Part shown: positions 51,422 through 60,799 of the stretch, piece by piece
How the letters are laid out: each line of letters begins with the position of its first letter
Position numbering within the stretch: position 1 is the stretch's first letter
Assembly (NCBI GenBank): GCA_016179105.1
Contig: JACOSB010000120.1
Coordinates: 489-64,488, forward strand
Source: Candidatus Acetothermia bacterium
GTDB taxonomy: Bacteria > Bipolaricaulota > Bipolaricaulia > RBG-16-55-9 > DRXL01
Direction: 5' to 3'
DNA: 64,000 nucleotides
Made by a program: the position numbers and the translations under genes
The notes under the pieces: model-generated
Database searches by the model: none
Told to the model about the DNA's origin: nothing
What the model saw: the letters and a program-made list of their open reading frames with translations, nothing else

Positions 51422-52603
51422 TTAGAAATTCTTGCGACACGCCTCGATCGCGTCCTTGTCCTGAGCGAGAGGAACCTTGACCTCGCCGCTCTTGATCTTG
51501 GTCTCCAGCTCTGCTGCAATGGCAAAGACGGAGGCAGGAACAGAGGCACGCATCGCGCGGACTTTGGCGACGATCTTGTCCTTGTCCTCGGCCTTGACCG
51601 TGCCGGCCTTGATGCCCAGTTGCAGGAAGGTATCGAGATCCTCGACGGTGCTCAACCTGACGCCGCCCTCATTCAGACCCAACTCCAGAATGCCGCCCTT
51701 GAAGGTGCCTTCTTTGGCTTGCTTAGCAGCCGTGAAGACGCCCGTGTCGACACGCTTCATCATGCTGGCCAGAATGAAGCCGGGCTTGATGTAGTCTTGG
51801 TCGGCGTCGACGCCAATCGCGAACGGCGGGCCCTGGTCCTTGCCAGCGGCCTTGCCGCGCGCCTCAACAGCCTCAAAGATGCCCAAGCCCGTCGCACCCG
51901 CGACGTTGTAGACCAAGATCGCACCCTGGTTTAACATAATTTCCGTGGCAGTCTTGCCCTTGGCCGGGTCGCCGAAGGAACCAGTATAGTTAGACAAAAC
52001 TTTCACGGCATCTTTGTTCGTCTTCAATTTTTGAGTCAGCGCGTAGTTAACGCCAAAACGATACCCGCACTCGAACTTCCACAAAACGGGGATCTCGATG
52101 CCGAGCACAACACCGATAGAAGACGCTTTCAATTCGGTCGCAAGCACTGCACCGAGTGCGCCGACAAGCGCGCTACCCTCTTGCTCCTTGAAAAGCACGC
52201 TCAGGACGTTCTTCTTGTCCGGGATGAAGCCGTCGATAATCGCGAAGTTTTGGTTCGGGGATTCAGTCGAGACCGCGACCATCGCGTCCGTGAGCAAGAA
52301 GCCCACGCCGACGACTACCGTGCAGGTTCCGGTGCGGGCGAGCGTGCGCAGGTTCGGGAGATAATCCTGCTCAGTCTTGCTCTGGACTTCCACGAGCTTT
52401 GTCGCATGACCGGCCTTGACGGCGTTGTCTCCGCCGAGGGCAGCCATGTCGTTGAACGAGAGATCGCCGCGTCCACCTACATCGTAGACGATACAGAGAT
52501 CTGTCTTTTGCTGCGCCGTTAGTGTATTTTCATTCAGCGAGACAATTCCCAGGAACCCAAATAAAGCAACGCTTAGTAAAAAAACCTTGGCCAGGGTGTT
52601 CAT
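51422..52603 (-). CDS. BMP-family (Med/TmpC/PnrA-like) ABC substrate-binding protein
   Basis: Signal peptide. IVYDVGGRGDLSFNDMAALG and YNVAGATGLGIFEA motifs typical of basic membrane protein binding proteins. Confidence 0.8.
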   Translation of the reverse strand: MNTLAKVFLLSVALFGFLGIVSLNENTLTAQQKTDLCIVYDVGGRGDLSFNDMAALGGDNAVKAGHATKLVEVQSKTEQDYLPNLRTLARTGTCTVVVGVGFLLTDAMVAVSTESPNQNFAIIDGFIPDKKNVLSVLFKEQEGSALVGALGAVLATELKASSIGVVLGIEIPVLWKFECGYRFGVNYALTQKLKTNKDAVKVLSNYTGSFGDPAKGKTATEIMLNQGAILVYNVAGATGLGIFEAVEARGKAAGKDQGPPFAIGVDADQDYIKPGFILASMMKRVDTGVFTAAKQAKEGTFKGGILELGLNEGGVRLSTVEDLDTFLQLGIKAGTVKAEDKDKIVAKVRAMRASVPASVFAIAAELETKIKSGEVKVPLAQDKDAIEACRKNF

Positions 52604-52725
52604 CTAAAACCTCCTTGTAGAGAGTCCAATCACTTTTGCCATCAATTTCCGCCGCACGAACGATTTACTTTTTTCCCCTTTTTCCCTCTGCTCTTACTCT
52701 TAGATCTCACCTCCCCGCGATGAGT

Positions 52726-53928
52726 CTATTTATCCAATTCCGCACGCCATTTTTTCAAGTCGTCTTGCGTCGTGACTTTCGGCACTTGCACTTTCCCAGA
52801 ACGAATCAATTGCTCCAGTACGCTGACTGCGGCCCAGATATAGGTCGGGAGACTATCGCGCATCGCTTTGACTTTTTTCACGATCGCGTCGTGCTGGTCG
52901 GCTTTCACTGCGCCGGCTTTGATGCCAAGTTGTAGGAAAGTCTCGAGGTCTTCGAGTCGGCTCATCGAAACGCCATTCTCTTTAAGACCGAGCTCCAAGG
53001 TTCCCCCCCGAAAGCTGCCTTCTTTGGCGAGCTTCGCGGCGGTGAAGACGCCCTGATCGACACGCTTGATCATACTGGCAATGATGAAACCGGGTTTTAA
53101 GTAATCTTGGTCGGCGTCGACGCCGATGCCAAACGGCGGCCCCAGCTCTTTGCCGGCGGATTTGCCCTTGGCTTCTGCAGCTTCGAAGATTCCAAGTCCC
53201 GTCGCGCCCGCGACGTTATACACAGCAATCGCTCCTTGGTTGAGCTGGACTTCGGTCGCGTTCTTGCCGCGAGCGGGATCGTTGAACGAGCCCGTATACG
53301 TCCAGAGCACTTTGGCGCCCGCGAGTTGGGGATTACCGAGCGCGGCGCGCAGGACATCACGGGCCCAGCGCACGCCCCACTTGTAGCCGATCTCAAACTT
53401 CCACAAAACGGGGATCTCCAGGCCCAGAATGACTCCGACGGCGGAAGCTTTGTTCTCCATCGCAATCAAGCCAGCCAACGCGCCGACGAGCGCGCTGCCC
53501 TCATTCTCCTTGAAGAGCACACTCAGCACGTTCTTTTTGGTGTCGAGAAAGCCATCGACGATCGCGTAGTTTTGTTTGGGGAATTCATCGGCGACCGCTT
53601 TCGCAGCATCGGTCAGCAAGAAGCCGACGGCGACGATTAAGATACAATCGCCGGCACGGGAGAGCGACCTTAAGTTCGGCAAATAGTCGGACTCGGATTT
53701 GCTCTGGGCTTCGACCACTTGGGCAGCGATGCCGGCCTTCACGACTGATTCGCCGCCCAAAGCCGCCATGTCGTTGAACGAGAGATCGCCGCGCCCGCCG
53801 ATGTCATAGACGATGCACATCTTGTTCTTTGTGGATTGGGCGACACTAGAATTTTCGGTGAAGGTGATGCCTACGCTATATAGCAGAACCAGCGAGCTGA
53901 CGAGCGCGAGCTTTAGACTATGGCGCAT
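52726..53928 (-). CDS. BMP-family ABC substrate-binding protein, tandem paralog
   Basis: About 60% identical to 51422..52603 (IVYDIGGRGDLSFNDMAALG...). Confidence 0.8.
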   Translation of the reverse strand: MRHSLKLALVSSLVLLYSVGITFTENSSVAQSTKNKMCIVYDIGGRGDLSFNDMAALGGESVVKAGIAAQVVEAQSKSESDYLPNLRSLSRAGDCILIVAVGFLLTDAAKAVADEFPKQNYAIVDGFLDTKKNVLSVLFKENEGSALVGALAGLIAMENKASAVGVILGLEIPVLWKFEIGYKWGVRWARDVLRAALGNPQLAGAKVLWTYTGSFNDPARGKNATEVQLNQGAIAVYNVAGATGLGIFEAAEAKGKSAGKELGPPFGIGVDADQDYLKPGFIIASMIKRVDQGVFTAAKLAKEGSFRGGTLELGLKENGVSMSRLEDLETFLQLGIKAGAVKADQHDAIVKKVKAMRDSLPTYIWAAVSVLEQLIRSGKVQVPKVTTQDDLKKWRAELDK

Positions 53929-54186
53929 GAAGAGACTTCCTCCCCCCTCGGGTCGTCTTTTATAAGAAACTCTCGATTTTTGCCTGCGTTTGGCCTCCTG
54001 CGGGATGTCTGTTGACTACGCAAATTTCGTATTAGATCGCTGATCTAGGATACAAGATGGAAGGGGATGCGGTCAAATTTAAGAATGTTATAGGGATAAA
54101 TTTTTTGTAAAGGACAACTGGGATACTCAGTATCCCACAGTTTCAGCACAAAGTCAGGATCTATGAGCAAGATCAACGTAAACAGT

Positions 54187-54239
54187 TAGGACTGTCTTCG
54201 TGGACGCTTTCTGTCTTAGTTTTCACAAAGACAGTCCTA
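54187..54239. promoter_or_regulatory. perfect 12-bp inverted repeat TAGGACTGTCTT-n29-AAGACAGTCCTA in the intergenic region between the SPFH gene 3' end and the ABC operon 5' end
   Basis: Seen directly in the sequence. Could be a terminator for the nfeD-SPFH operon or an operator for the ABC operon. Confidence 0.3.
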
Positions 54240-54267
54240 GGCAATGACTATTCGTTCTCGTTTATCG

Positions 54268-55203
54268 TTACTCCTTCTTTTTGCCCTTGCTTCCACCTTC
54301 GTCTCCCATGGCCTTCTCGGCGTAGTTCGTGAGCGGCTTCAGGAAGTTGGCAAACTCTAGGGGGAAAATAAATTTCGTCGCCGGACTATTGCCGAGTGCT
54401 TTGAGCGCTTCTAAGTATTGCAGACTCAACGTCTTGGGATCGACTGTCTGTGCGACTTGATAAATTTTGTCGAGCGCGAGCGAAAAACCCTCGGCGCGCA
54501 AGACCGCCGCTTGACGATCGCCCTCGGCCGTCAAGATGGTCGCTTGCCGTAAGCCTTCCGCCTTGAGAATCGCCGCTTGCTTATCGCCCTCCGCGATGGT
54601 GATCGCCGCTTGCTTCTTGCCGTCGGCTTCTGTGACCAAGGCGCGACGGCTGCGCTCGGCCGACATCTGACGAGTCATCGCGTCTTGTACATCCTTGGGC
54701 GGTGTGATCTCGCGGATTTCAACCGTCGTCACTTTGACGCCCCAGCGGGCCGTCACTTCGTCCAACTTGACGCGCAATACTTGGTTGATGTGATCGCGCT
54801 TGGCCAGCACGTCATCGAGAATAATATCGCCGATGACCGCGCGCAGCGTGGTCGTAGCGATGCCCATGGAGGCTCCGGAGAAATTCAGCACTTGGATAAC
54901 ACTCGAGCTGGGATCGACCACTTTCCAGTAGATGAGAAAGTCAATCGAGATGGGCGCGTTGTCGCGCGTGATGCATGTCTGCGCGGGGATTTCCAAAAAC
55001 TGCTCGCGCAAATCCACCCAGACCGGTCGGTCTACCAGCGGGATGAGTGGGACGAGCCCCGGACCCTTTTCTTGTTGGAGTGCGCGCCCGAGCCGAAAGA
55101 CGACGAGTCGCTTGTACTCCGGCACAATTTTGATGATTTGTGAGATCAACCACAGCGCAAAAAGGAAGAGTACGGCTATGACGATGACGGGAAAACTTTC
55201 CAT
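54268..55203 (-). CDS. SPFH/band-7 (stomatin-like) membrane protein
   Basis: The start was trimmed to the Met preceded by RBS ggagg (MESFPVIVIAVLFLFAL...). Band-7 core RLVVFRLGR...EAPAQ...TRDN..., an Ala/Gln-rich coiled coil, and a Lys-rich tail. Confidence 0.8.
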   Translation of the reverse strand: MESFPVIVIAVLFLFALWLISQIIKIVPEYKRLVVFRLGRALQQEKGPGLVPLIPLVDRPVWVDLREQFLEIPAQTCITRDNAPISIDFLIYWKVVDPSSSVIQVLNFSGASMGIATTTLRAVIGDIILDDVLAKRDHINQVLRVKLDEVTARWGVKVTTVEIREITPPKDVQDAMTRQMSAERSRRALVTEADGKKQAAITIAEGDKQAAILKAEGLRQATILTAEGDRQAAVLRAEGFSLALDKIYQVAQTVDPKTLSLQYLEALKALGNSPATKFIFPLEFANFLKPLTNYAEKAMGDEGGSKGKKKE

Positions 55204-55226
55204 TCGAGGACCTCCTGAATAAATTT

Positions 55227-56570
55227 TTATGCTTTGGTCACGCGCAACTGCACACCCTGCACGATTTCTACCACCTTGACGGCATCTCCCTTTTGGATGG
55301 ACCCTCCCACCGCCTCCGCACTCCACTCTTCGCTGTGCATCAGCACCACCCCGCGAGGAGTGAGATCGGTCTCAGCAATCCCTGTCTCCCCCATCAAGAC
55401 CTTCACTCCGCTCGAGACCCTGGCACGGTGCGCGCGAACCGTGGCCGTCAAAACCCAGACAAAGAAAAAGACCCAAATGGCCGTCATCAGCGCGATCAGC
55501 CAGGGGTTCACGGATATCTCTGGCAGTCCGGGCAGTGTAGGCGTGAACGGTTTATAGAGCAGTATGGAGCCGAGCACGAAAGCGATCGCGCCACCGATGC
55601 CCAGGGCATAACCCTGCACTTTTAAGTCAGCGACAAATAAGATGAGCGCTAAAATGATGAGCCCCACCCCGGCCCAGTTGGGCTGCAAGACCCCAAAAGC
55701 CGTGAAGGCCATCACCAGGAAGATCACGCCGGTCACGCCCGGCAAGATCGCGCCCGGATTGTAAAACTCCGCGATCAACGCGATCGTTCCTAAGCTGAGC
55801 AGGATGTAAGCGATATTGGGGTCGGTGATCACCTGCAAGAATCTCTCGGACCACGTCATGTCTATGTTGTTTTGCTGTGCGCCTTTGGTATGGAGAATCC
55901 GCTTGCCGGACGCGACGTTGACAGTGAAGCCGTCTATCTTCGTCAGCAAATCGTCCATGTTATCGGCAATGACATCGATCACTTTCAGTGCGAGCGCCTG
56001 GTCAGCCGTGATTGAAACACTCTTGCGCACGGCTTCTTCAGCCCAGTCGGCATTGCGACCGCGAGTAATCGCATAGTTGCGGATACGCGCGACGGCATCG
56101 TTGGTCACTTTCTCATCCAAATTTTTCTGAATATCTTCGCCCTGGCCGCCGACAGGATGGGCCGCGCCGATGTTGGTGATCGGGGCCATCGCCGCGACGT
56201 GCGCAGCCATCGTGATGAAGACACCCGCAGACCCGGCCCGCGCTCCGCGCGGCGTGATGTAAACAACGACGGGCACATGGCTGTCCAAAATTTTCTTGGT
56301 GATCTCATCCATAGAATTCATCAGACCACCGGGCGTATCCATTTGGATGATAACGGCCTCAGCTTCCTCCGATTCCGCAGTCTCGATGCCGCGGATGACG
56401 TACTGGGCCGTGAATGGTGCGATGACACCGTCGAGAGTGAGTATGCTCACATGGGTCCCCGATGAAGCTTGAGTTGAAGCGAAAAACACGAGGGCGAACG
56501 GCACGACGACGAAGAAGCTAACGACCGCAAGCAATCCCAGAGCACAAGATTTTCGCTTTCTCATAGCCAC
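55227..56570 (-). CDS. NfeD-family membrane-bound ClpP-class serine protease (partner of SPFH protein)
   Basis: N-terminal ClpP-like domain (ILTLDGVIAP..., GGLMNSM, ARGARAGSAGVFI), 5 TM helices, and a C-terminal OB-fold (VKVVEIVQGVQLRVTKA). Confidence 0.8.
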   Translation of the reverse strand: MAMRKRKSCALGLLAVVSFFVVVPFALVFFASTQASSGTHVSILTLDGVIAPFTAQYVIRGIETAESEEAEAVIIQMDTPGGLMNSMDEITKKILDSHVPVVVYITPRGARAGSAGVFITMAAHVAAMAPITNIGAAHPVGGQGEDIQKNLDEKVTNDAVARIRNYAITRGRNADWAEEAVRKSVSITADQALALKVIDVIADNMDDLLTKIDGFTVNVASGKRILHTKGAQQNNIDMTWSERFLQVITDPNIAYILLSLGTIALIAEFYNPGAILPGVTGVIFLVMAFTAFGVLQPNWAGVGLIILALILFVADLKVQGYALGIGGAIAFVLGSILLYKPFTPTLPGLPEISVNPWLIALMTAIWVFFFVWVLTATVRAHRARVSSGVKVLMGETGIAETDLTPRGVVLMHSEEWSAEAVGGSIQKGDAVKVVEIVQGVQLRVTKA

Positions 56571-56824
56571 CCCCTGATTAGCATTATAGCAGGGTTTACC
56601 CCAAAAAAGACAGAGCGAGGAAACGAGAGAGGTCAGAAGACCAACGCTAGGCTAACGTTGGATACTGTTGGCGAATTCGTTTGGAAGAATATAATAACTC
56701 ATCCATCACAAGCTCCTATTGCGGCGTCTAGAGTTGTCGATCTGAAAATTTCTCTTTTTTCCCTAATGAGACACAGAACAGCACTCTTCTCCCACCCCTT
56801 GAATTCTTCGTCAGGCCATGTGCC

Positions 56825-56998
56825 CTACGCAACAAAACGGTCTCTTTGCGTATGAGAGAGACAAATGCAGGTGGCCACGTCGCAAAATACGTGCTTGATT
56901 TTGAAGCCGCGCTTACGGGCAAAAGCTTTGAGAGTGTGTAGCTGGTTCTCAAGCTCTTGTGTGTTCGTTGAGACACGACAGTAAATAGCGGCGTTCAT
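56825..56998 (-). mobile_element. remnant of a serine recombinase (resolvase/invertase) N-terminus, ~57 codons then a premature stop
   Basis: Translation MNAAIYCRVSTNTQELENQLHTLKAFARKRGFKIKHVFCD... matches the resolvase catalytic N-terminus (AIYxRVSTxxQ with the active-site Ser, then G..I..F.D). No continuation was found in any frame. Confidence 0.35.
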
Positions 56999-57118
56999 GA
57001 TGCAAAGTTTAAAGCGTAGCTAAGTAAATTTCATACGGCATTCATCAGTATCCCTTGACTGCAACATTACACAATACTAGAATTACAGCAATACACTTCC
57101 ACTTAAAGGGGGCTGCGG

Positions 57119-58111
57119 ATGCGCGGTGTAAAACTCCTCGGGATGGCCGTGACTTTGGTTCTATACAGTATGATAACTGGTCCCCATGCGCGAGTTGGCT
57201 TCGCCCAAAGCGACTGCGCCGTGCTGGTTCAATCCGGACAGTCGATCCAACATGCGATCAACAATGCTGCGGCGGGTGCCGTGATTTGTCTGAGTCCCAG
57301 CACGTTTAAGGAAACGATCAAGATTGACAAGAGTCTGACCCTAAGAGGTGCGGGCCGGGAAGATACCACTATAAAGACCGAAGTGAGTGTCTTGGCGGTC
57401 ATTCTCATCGAGAGCGATAGTGATATTGAAGTAAAAATAATGGATCTCGCTATCACGGGGTTTGAACAAACCAATGGTATTTACGTGAGCGGTGATGGCC
57501 ACGCCACCGTTACTCTGAGTAATCTCAGCATCTCGGGGAACGGGAGCGATGGTCTTTCTGTTAATAATTTTGCCCAAGTGAACCTCGTTGATTCCCAGAT
57601 CAGTAAGAACGGAGCCGATGGTGTCTTTCTTTACGAGAAGACAGCACGAGTGAGCATCGACAATTCCCAAATCTCTGACAACCTTTTCTGGGGTCTCGTT
57701 GTCGGTGGTGCAAGCCAAGTGAGTTTCATTAACTCGGTTATCGCAAGTAATCGTTTAGGAGGCCTGGTGATGGGAGATTCAGCCAACGCTCAGGTGCAAG
57801 CAAGTATCATCAAAGACAACGGAATAGGGTACCCTTGCTCCCAACGTGATTATTCCTGCAACGGGATAGAAATCGAAGGTCAGGCTCACCTAAAGATGAC
57901 CAACTCCACGATCAAAGGAAGCGCCGACTGGGGTATAGCTGCTTTGCTGCGGCGTTGTGGATATAGCAGTGATTATTTTATCGGTCAGGTAATTTTCCAG
58001 GGCACCAATAAGATCAGTGATAATAATAACATGGGTAAACAGGACGGCAAGGGGAATCCGGGGAATCACCCATTCCAGAATCTGCTCGACGGGCAGGTCT
58101 GCCTTCCATAA
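57119..58111 (+). CDS. secreted right-handed parallel beta-helix (PbH1/pectate-lyase-like) repeat protein
   Basis: Signal peptide. At least 7 PbH1 repeats (NGIYVSGDGHATVTLSNLSISGNGSDGLSV...). Confidence 0.65.
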   Translation: MRGVKLLGMAVTLVLYSMITGPHARVGFAQSDCAVLVQSGQSIQHAINNAAAGAVICLSPSTFKETIKIDKSLTLRGAGREDTTIKTEVSVLAVILIESDSDIEVKIMDLAITGFEQTNGIYVSGDGHATVTLSNLSISGNGSDGLSVNNFAQVNLVDSQISKNGADGVFLYEKTARVSIDNSQISDNLFWGLVVGGASQVSFINSVIASNRLGGLVMGDSANAQVQASIIKDNGIGYPCSQRDYSCNGIEIEGQAHLKMTNSTIKGSADWGIAALLRRCGYSSDYFIGQVIFQGTNKISDNNNMGKQDGKGNPGNHPFQNLLDGQVCLP

Positions 58112-58130
58112 TTTAGCATAAGGACGCATC

Positions 58131-58982
58131 ATGACCGACTACTCCCGATCATTTCGCCTTGGTGCTGCAACCACCACTTTGATTAACGTAGGTGACGGCC
58201 AAGTGAACTTGGCGGAGATGCTCGACGTACCCGCGAGCGAATGGTCGCCTCGTTACGCCTCCTCCTTCGACCAACCGATCAGAGCACCGTTCCAATGCGT
58301 CCACCTCAGATTGTCTGCAATGTCCATCTTGGTCGATGCTAGTTCCTACCCTCTCCCGGATTCGCCCTACGCCAAATTCGCTCTACCCAATTACCAACCG
58401 CCTCCCGGCCTGCTCGCGCAGCTTGCTGAGGTCGGCGTGAACCCCGAGGAGGTTACTCACGTCGTTTTCACCCATTGGCACTGGGATCACCACAGTGGGG
58501 CCACCGTGGAGCGGGGTGGCTACTACATCCCTTGCTTTCCCAACGCGCGTCACTATCTGGGTCGTGCCGATTGGGAGAGCGAAGATACGCAGAAAGCCAT
58601 GCGAGACCCTAATGCCATGGAGAGCCGAACTCTCGCTGTATTGCATCAGCGAGGCCTGCTAGACTTAGTCGAAGGGAATCACGAGTTGTGTGCTGGTATT
58701 CAGATCATCGCCGCACCTGGCGAGTCCCCAGGGCATCAGATCGTCCGCGTCCACTCAGAGGGGCGAACGCTCTATTGTTTAGGAGATCTTTATCATCATC
58801 CGGTGGAAGTAGAGCAGCCGTCATGGTCCACGCGCTGGGCTGATGCAAAAGCGAGCCTGTCCAGTCGCCAATCTCTCGCTGAAACCGCCCTGATTGAGCA
58901 ATCACTCTTGATTGCTGGGCACATTTCCGGCGTCGGCCGTTTGCACCGTACACCCTCGGGTGTGAGCTGGAGCGCAATCTGA
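58131..58982 (+). CDS. MBL-fold metallo-hydrolase
   Basis: HxHxDH motif (HWHWDHHSG) plus downstream His/Asp ligands. Confidence 0.7.
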   Translation: MTDYSRSFRLGAATTTLINVGDGQVNLAEMLDVPASEWSPRYASSFDQPIRAPFQCVHLRLSAMSILVDASSYPLPDSPYAKFALPNYQPPPGLLAQLAEVGVNPEEVTHVVFTHWHWDHHSGATVERGGYYIPCFPNARHYLGRADWESEDTQKAMRDPNAMESRTLAVLHQRGLLDLVEGNHELCAGIQIIAAPGESPGHQIVRVHSEGRTLYCLGDLYHHPVEVEQPSWSTRWADAKASLSSRQSLAETALIEQSLLIAGHISGVGRLHRTPSGVSWSAI

Positions 58983-59353
58983 CTTTTGTGAGCTTGTGCA
59001 TTGTTACCTAAAGCATATTACTCTCGCTGCAGCTTCAGGAATAAGGCTAGACATAGATCGGAGGCAAGTATGGACAGACAGTTAACACAAAACGCGCTCC
59101 CACTCATCGGCCCCTATAGCCCACTCGCGGATGCCCAATCGCTCTAAGGCTTCAATCGCGGATCGTACGCCGGTAGGCAGGGAACGTCATCACATGAGCG
59201 ATCATGCCGTCCTACGTGAAGGTCTCAGGCGGGTCACAGAGCATGTCGAGAAAGTTCGTATAACAGAGGGTCAGCTCTTCTTCACTTCTGTCCTTCAACG
59301 TGCGATAATGATAAGCAGCACCCTACACCCATACCTAAGAAGGGAGACTTCGT

Positions 59354-60721
59354 ATGCTGAGCAGTAAACTTCTCGGACTCAGTGTGGCTCTGGTCATAAT
59401 CGCTACCTCGTTTAACCAATGTAGCTCGATTACTACTACTCATCATCTTCCAGCAACGGCGTTAGACAAGATCAAACATGTGATCGTCATTTATCAAGAG
59501 AACCGGAGCTTTGACACTCTTTATGGTAACTTCCCGGGCGCCACCGGGATCGCCAACGCGGGTGCCGCGATAAAGCAAGTTAACAAGAACAACCAACCCT
59601 ACGTGACGCTTCCCCAACCTTTGGACCCCAACAAAAAACCAGACTCCCGTTTCCCGGCGAACATGTCCGTTCAACCCTTCGACATCGGAAGGTTTGTACC
59701 CCCCGATCAGACGACCGGCGACCTCATCCACCGTTTCTACCAAGAGCAGTACCAAATCAACGGGGGCAAGATGAACAAGTTCGTTACTTGGAGCGACAAC
59801 GGCGGCTTGGTGATGGGCTACTATGATGGGACGCAACTACCGCTAGGTAAGTTAGCCCAACAGTATACGCTAGCCGATAACTTCTTCCATGCTGCGTTCG
59901 GTGGTTCGTTCCTCAACCACTTCTGGCTCATCTGCGCTTGCACGCCCCGCTGGCCGAATGCTCCTGCTGATAAAGTCGCGCAGCTCAACTCAAACGGAGT
60001 GTTGGTCAAAGATGGCACAGTCACACCCGACGGATACGCTGTCAACACTTCCTACCCAATCAATCAGCCGCATCCAGCGAATATCACTGACTCAACCCAG
60101 CTGCTCCCGCAACAGACAATGCCGACCATCGGCGACCGACTGGACGAAAAAGGCATCTCATGGGCATGGTACTCTGGCGGATGGAACGACGCGCTGGCTG
60201 GCAAACCCGATCGGCTGTTTCAGTTCCACCATCAGCCGTTCGCTTACTTTGCCCACTACGCCGACGGCACTCCGGGCCGGGCGGCTCATCTAAAAGACGA
60301 GCAGGATTTCTTACAAGCACTGCAAACCAGCGGCTTGCCAGCCGTATCATTCGTGAAGCCGATTGGTCGTTTTAACGAGCATCCTGGCTACGCGAATCTG
60401 CTCGAGGGCCAGCACCACGTAGAAGATCTAGTCAACGCCGTCAAGAATAGCCCGTATTGGTCCGACACGGTGATCATTATCACCTACGATGAAAACGGTG
60501 GTTTATGGGACCATGTATCTCCGCCGAAGGGCGATCGGTGGGGCCCCGGCACCCGCGTGCCGACGATCATCATCTCGCCGTTCGCGAAGAAGGGCTTTGT
60601 CGATCACACTCAGTATGACACGACTTCTATCCTAAGGTTCATCGAGGAGCGATGGAATCTCCCCGCTCTAGGAAGCCGTGATGCTGTCGCGAATGACCTG
60701 AGTAACGCGTTCAATTTTTGA
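59354..60721 (+). CDS. phosphoesterase-family protein (PlcN/AcpA-type phospholipase C / acid phosphatase)
   Basis: Signal peptide. IKHVIVIYQENRSFDTLYGNFPG N-terminal motif and a C-terminal TYDENGGLWDHV motif of the phosphoesterase family. Confidence 0.75.
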   Translation: MLSSKLLGLSVALVIIATSFNQCSSITTTHHLPATALDKIKHVIVIYQENRSFDTLYGNFPGATGIANAGAAIKQVNKNNQPYVTLPQPLDPNKKPDSRFPANMSVQPFDIGRFVPPDQTTGDLIHRFYQEQYQINGGKMNKFVTWSDNGGLVMGYYDGTQLPLGKLAQQYTLADNFFHAAFGGSFLNHFWLICACTPRWPNAPADKVAQLNSNGVLVKDGTVTPDGYAVNTSYPINQPHPANITDSTQLLPQQTMPTIGDRLDEKGISWAWYSGGWNDALAGKPDRLFQFHHQPFAYFAHYADGTPGRAAHLKDEQDFLQALQTSGLPAVSFVKPIGRFNEHPGYANLLEGQHHVEDLVNAVKNSPYWSDTVIIITYDENGGLWDHVSPPKGDRWGPGTRVPTIIISPFAKKGFVDHTQYDTTSILRFIEERWNLPALGSRDAVANDLSNAFNF

Positions 60722-60799
60722 AGCGTCGGGCACCATCCACTCATAAAGATCACAGTTGTATCTTTTCAGTTTGACAGAGTATGGGGGGTATATCCTAAG

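Noticed and set aside
54268-55326. N-terminal 41-aa extension of the SPFH protein (MECGGGGRVHPKGRC...)
   Set aside because: The extension overlaps the NfeD gene 3' end. A GGAGG RBS precedes the internal Met at 55203, which begins a typical TM anchor.
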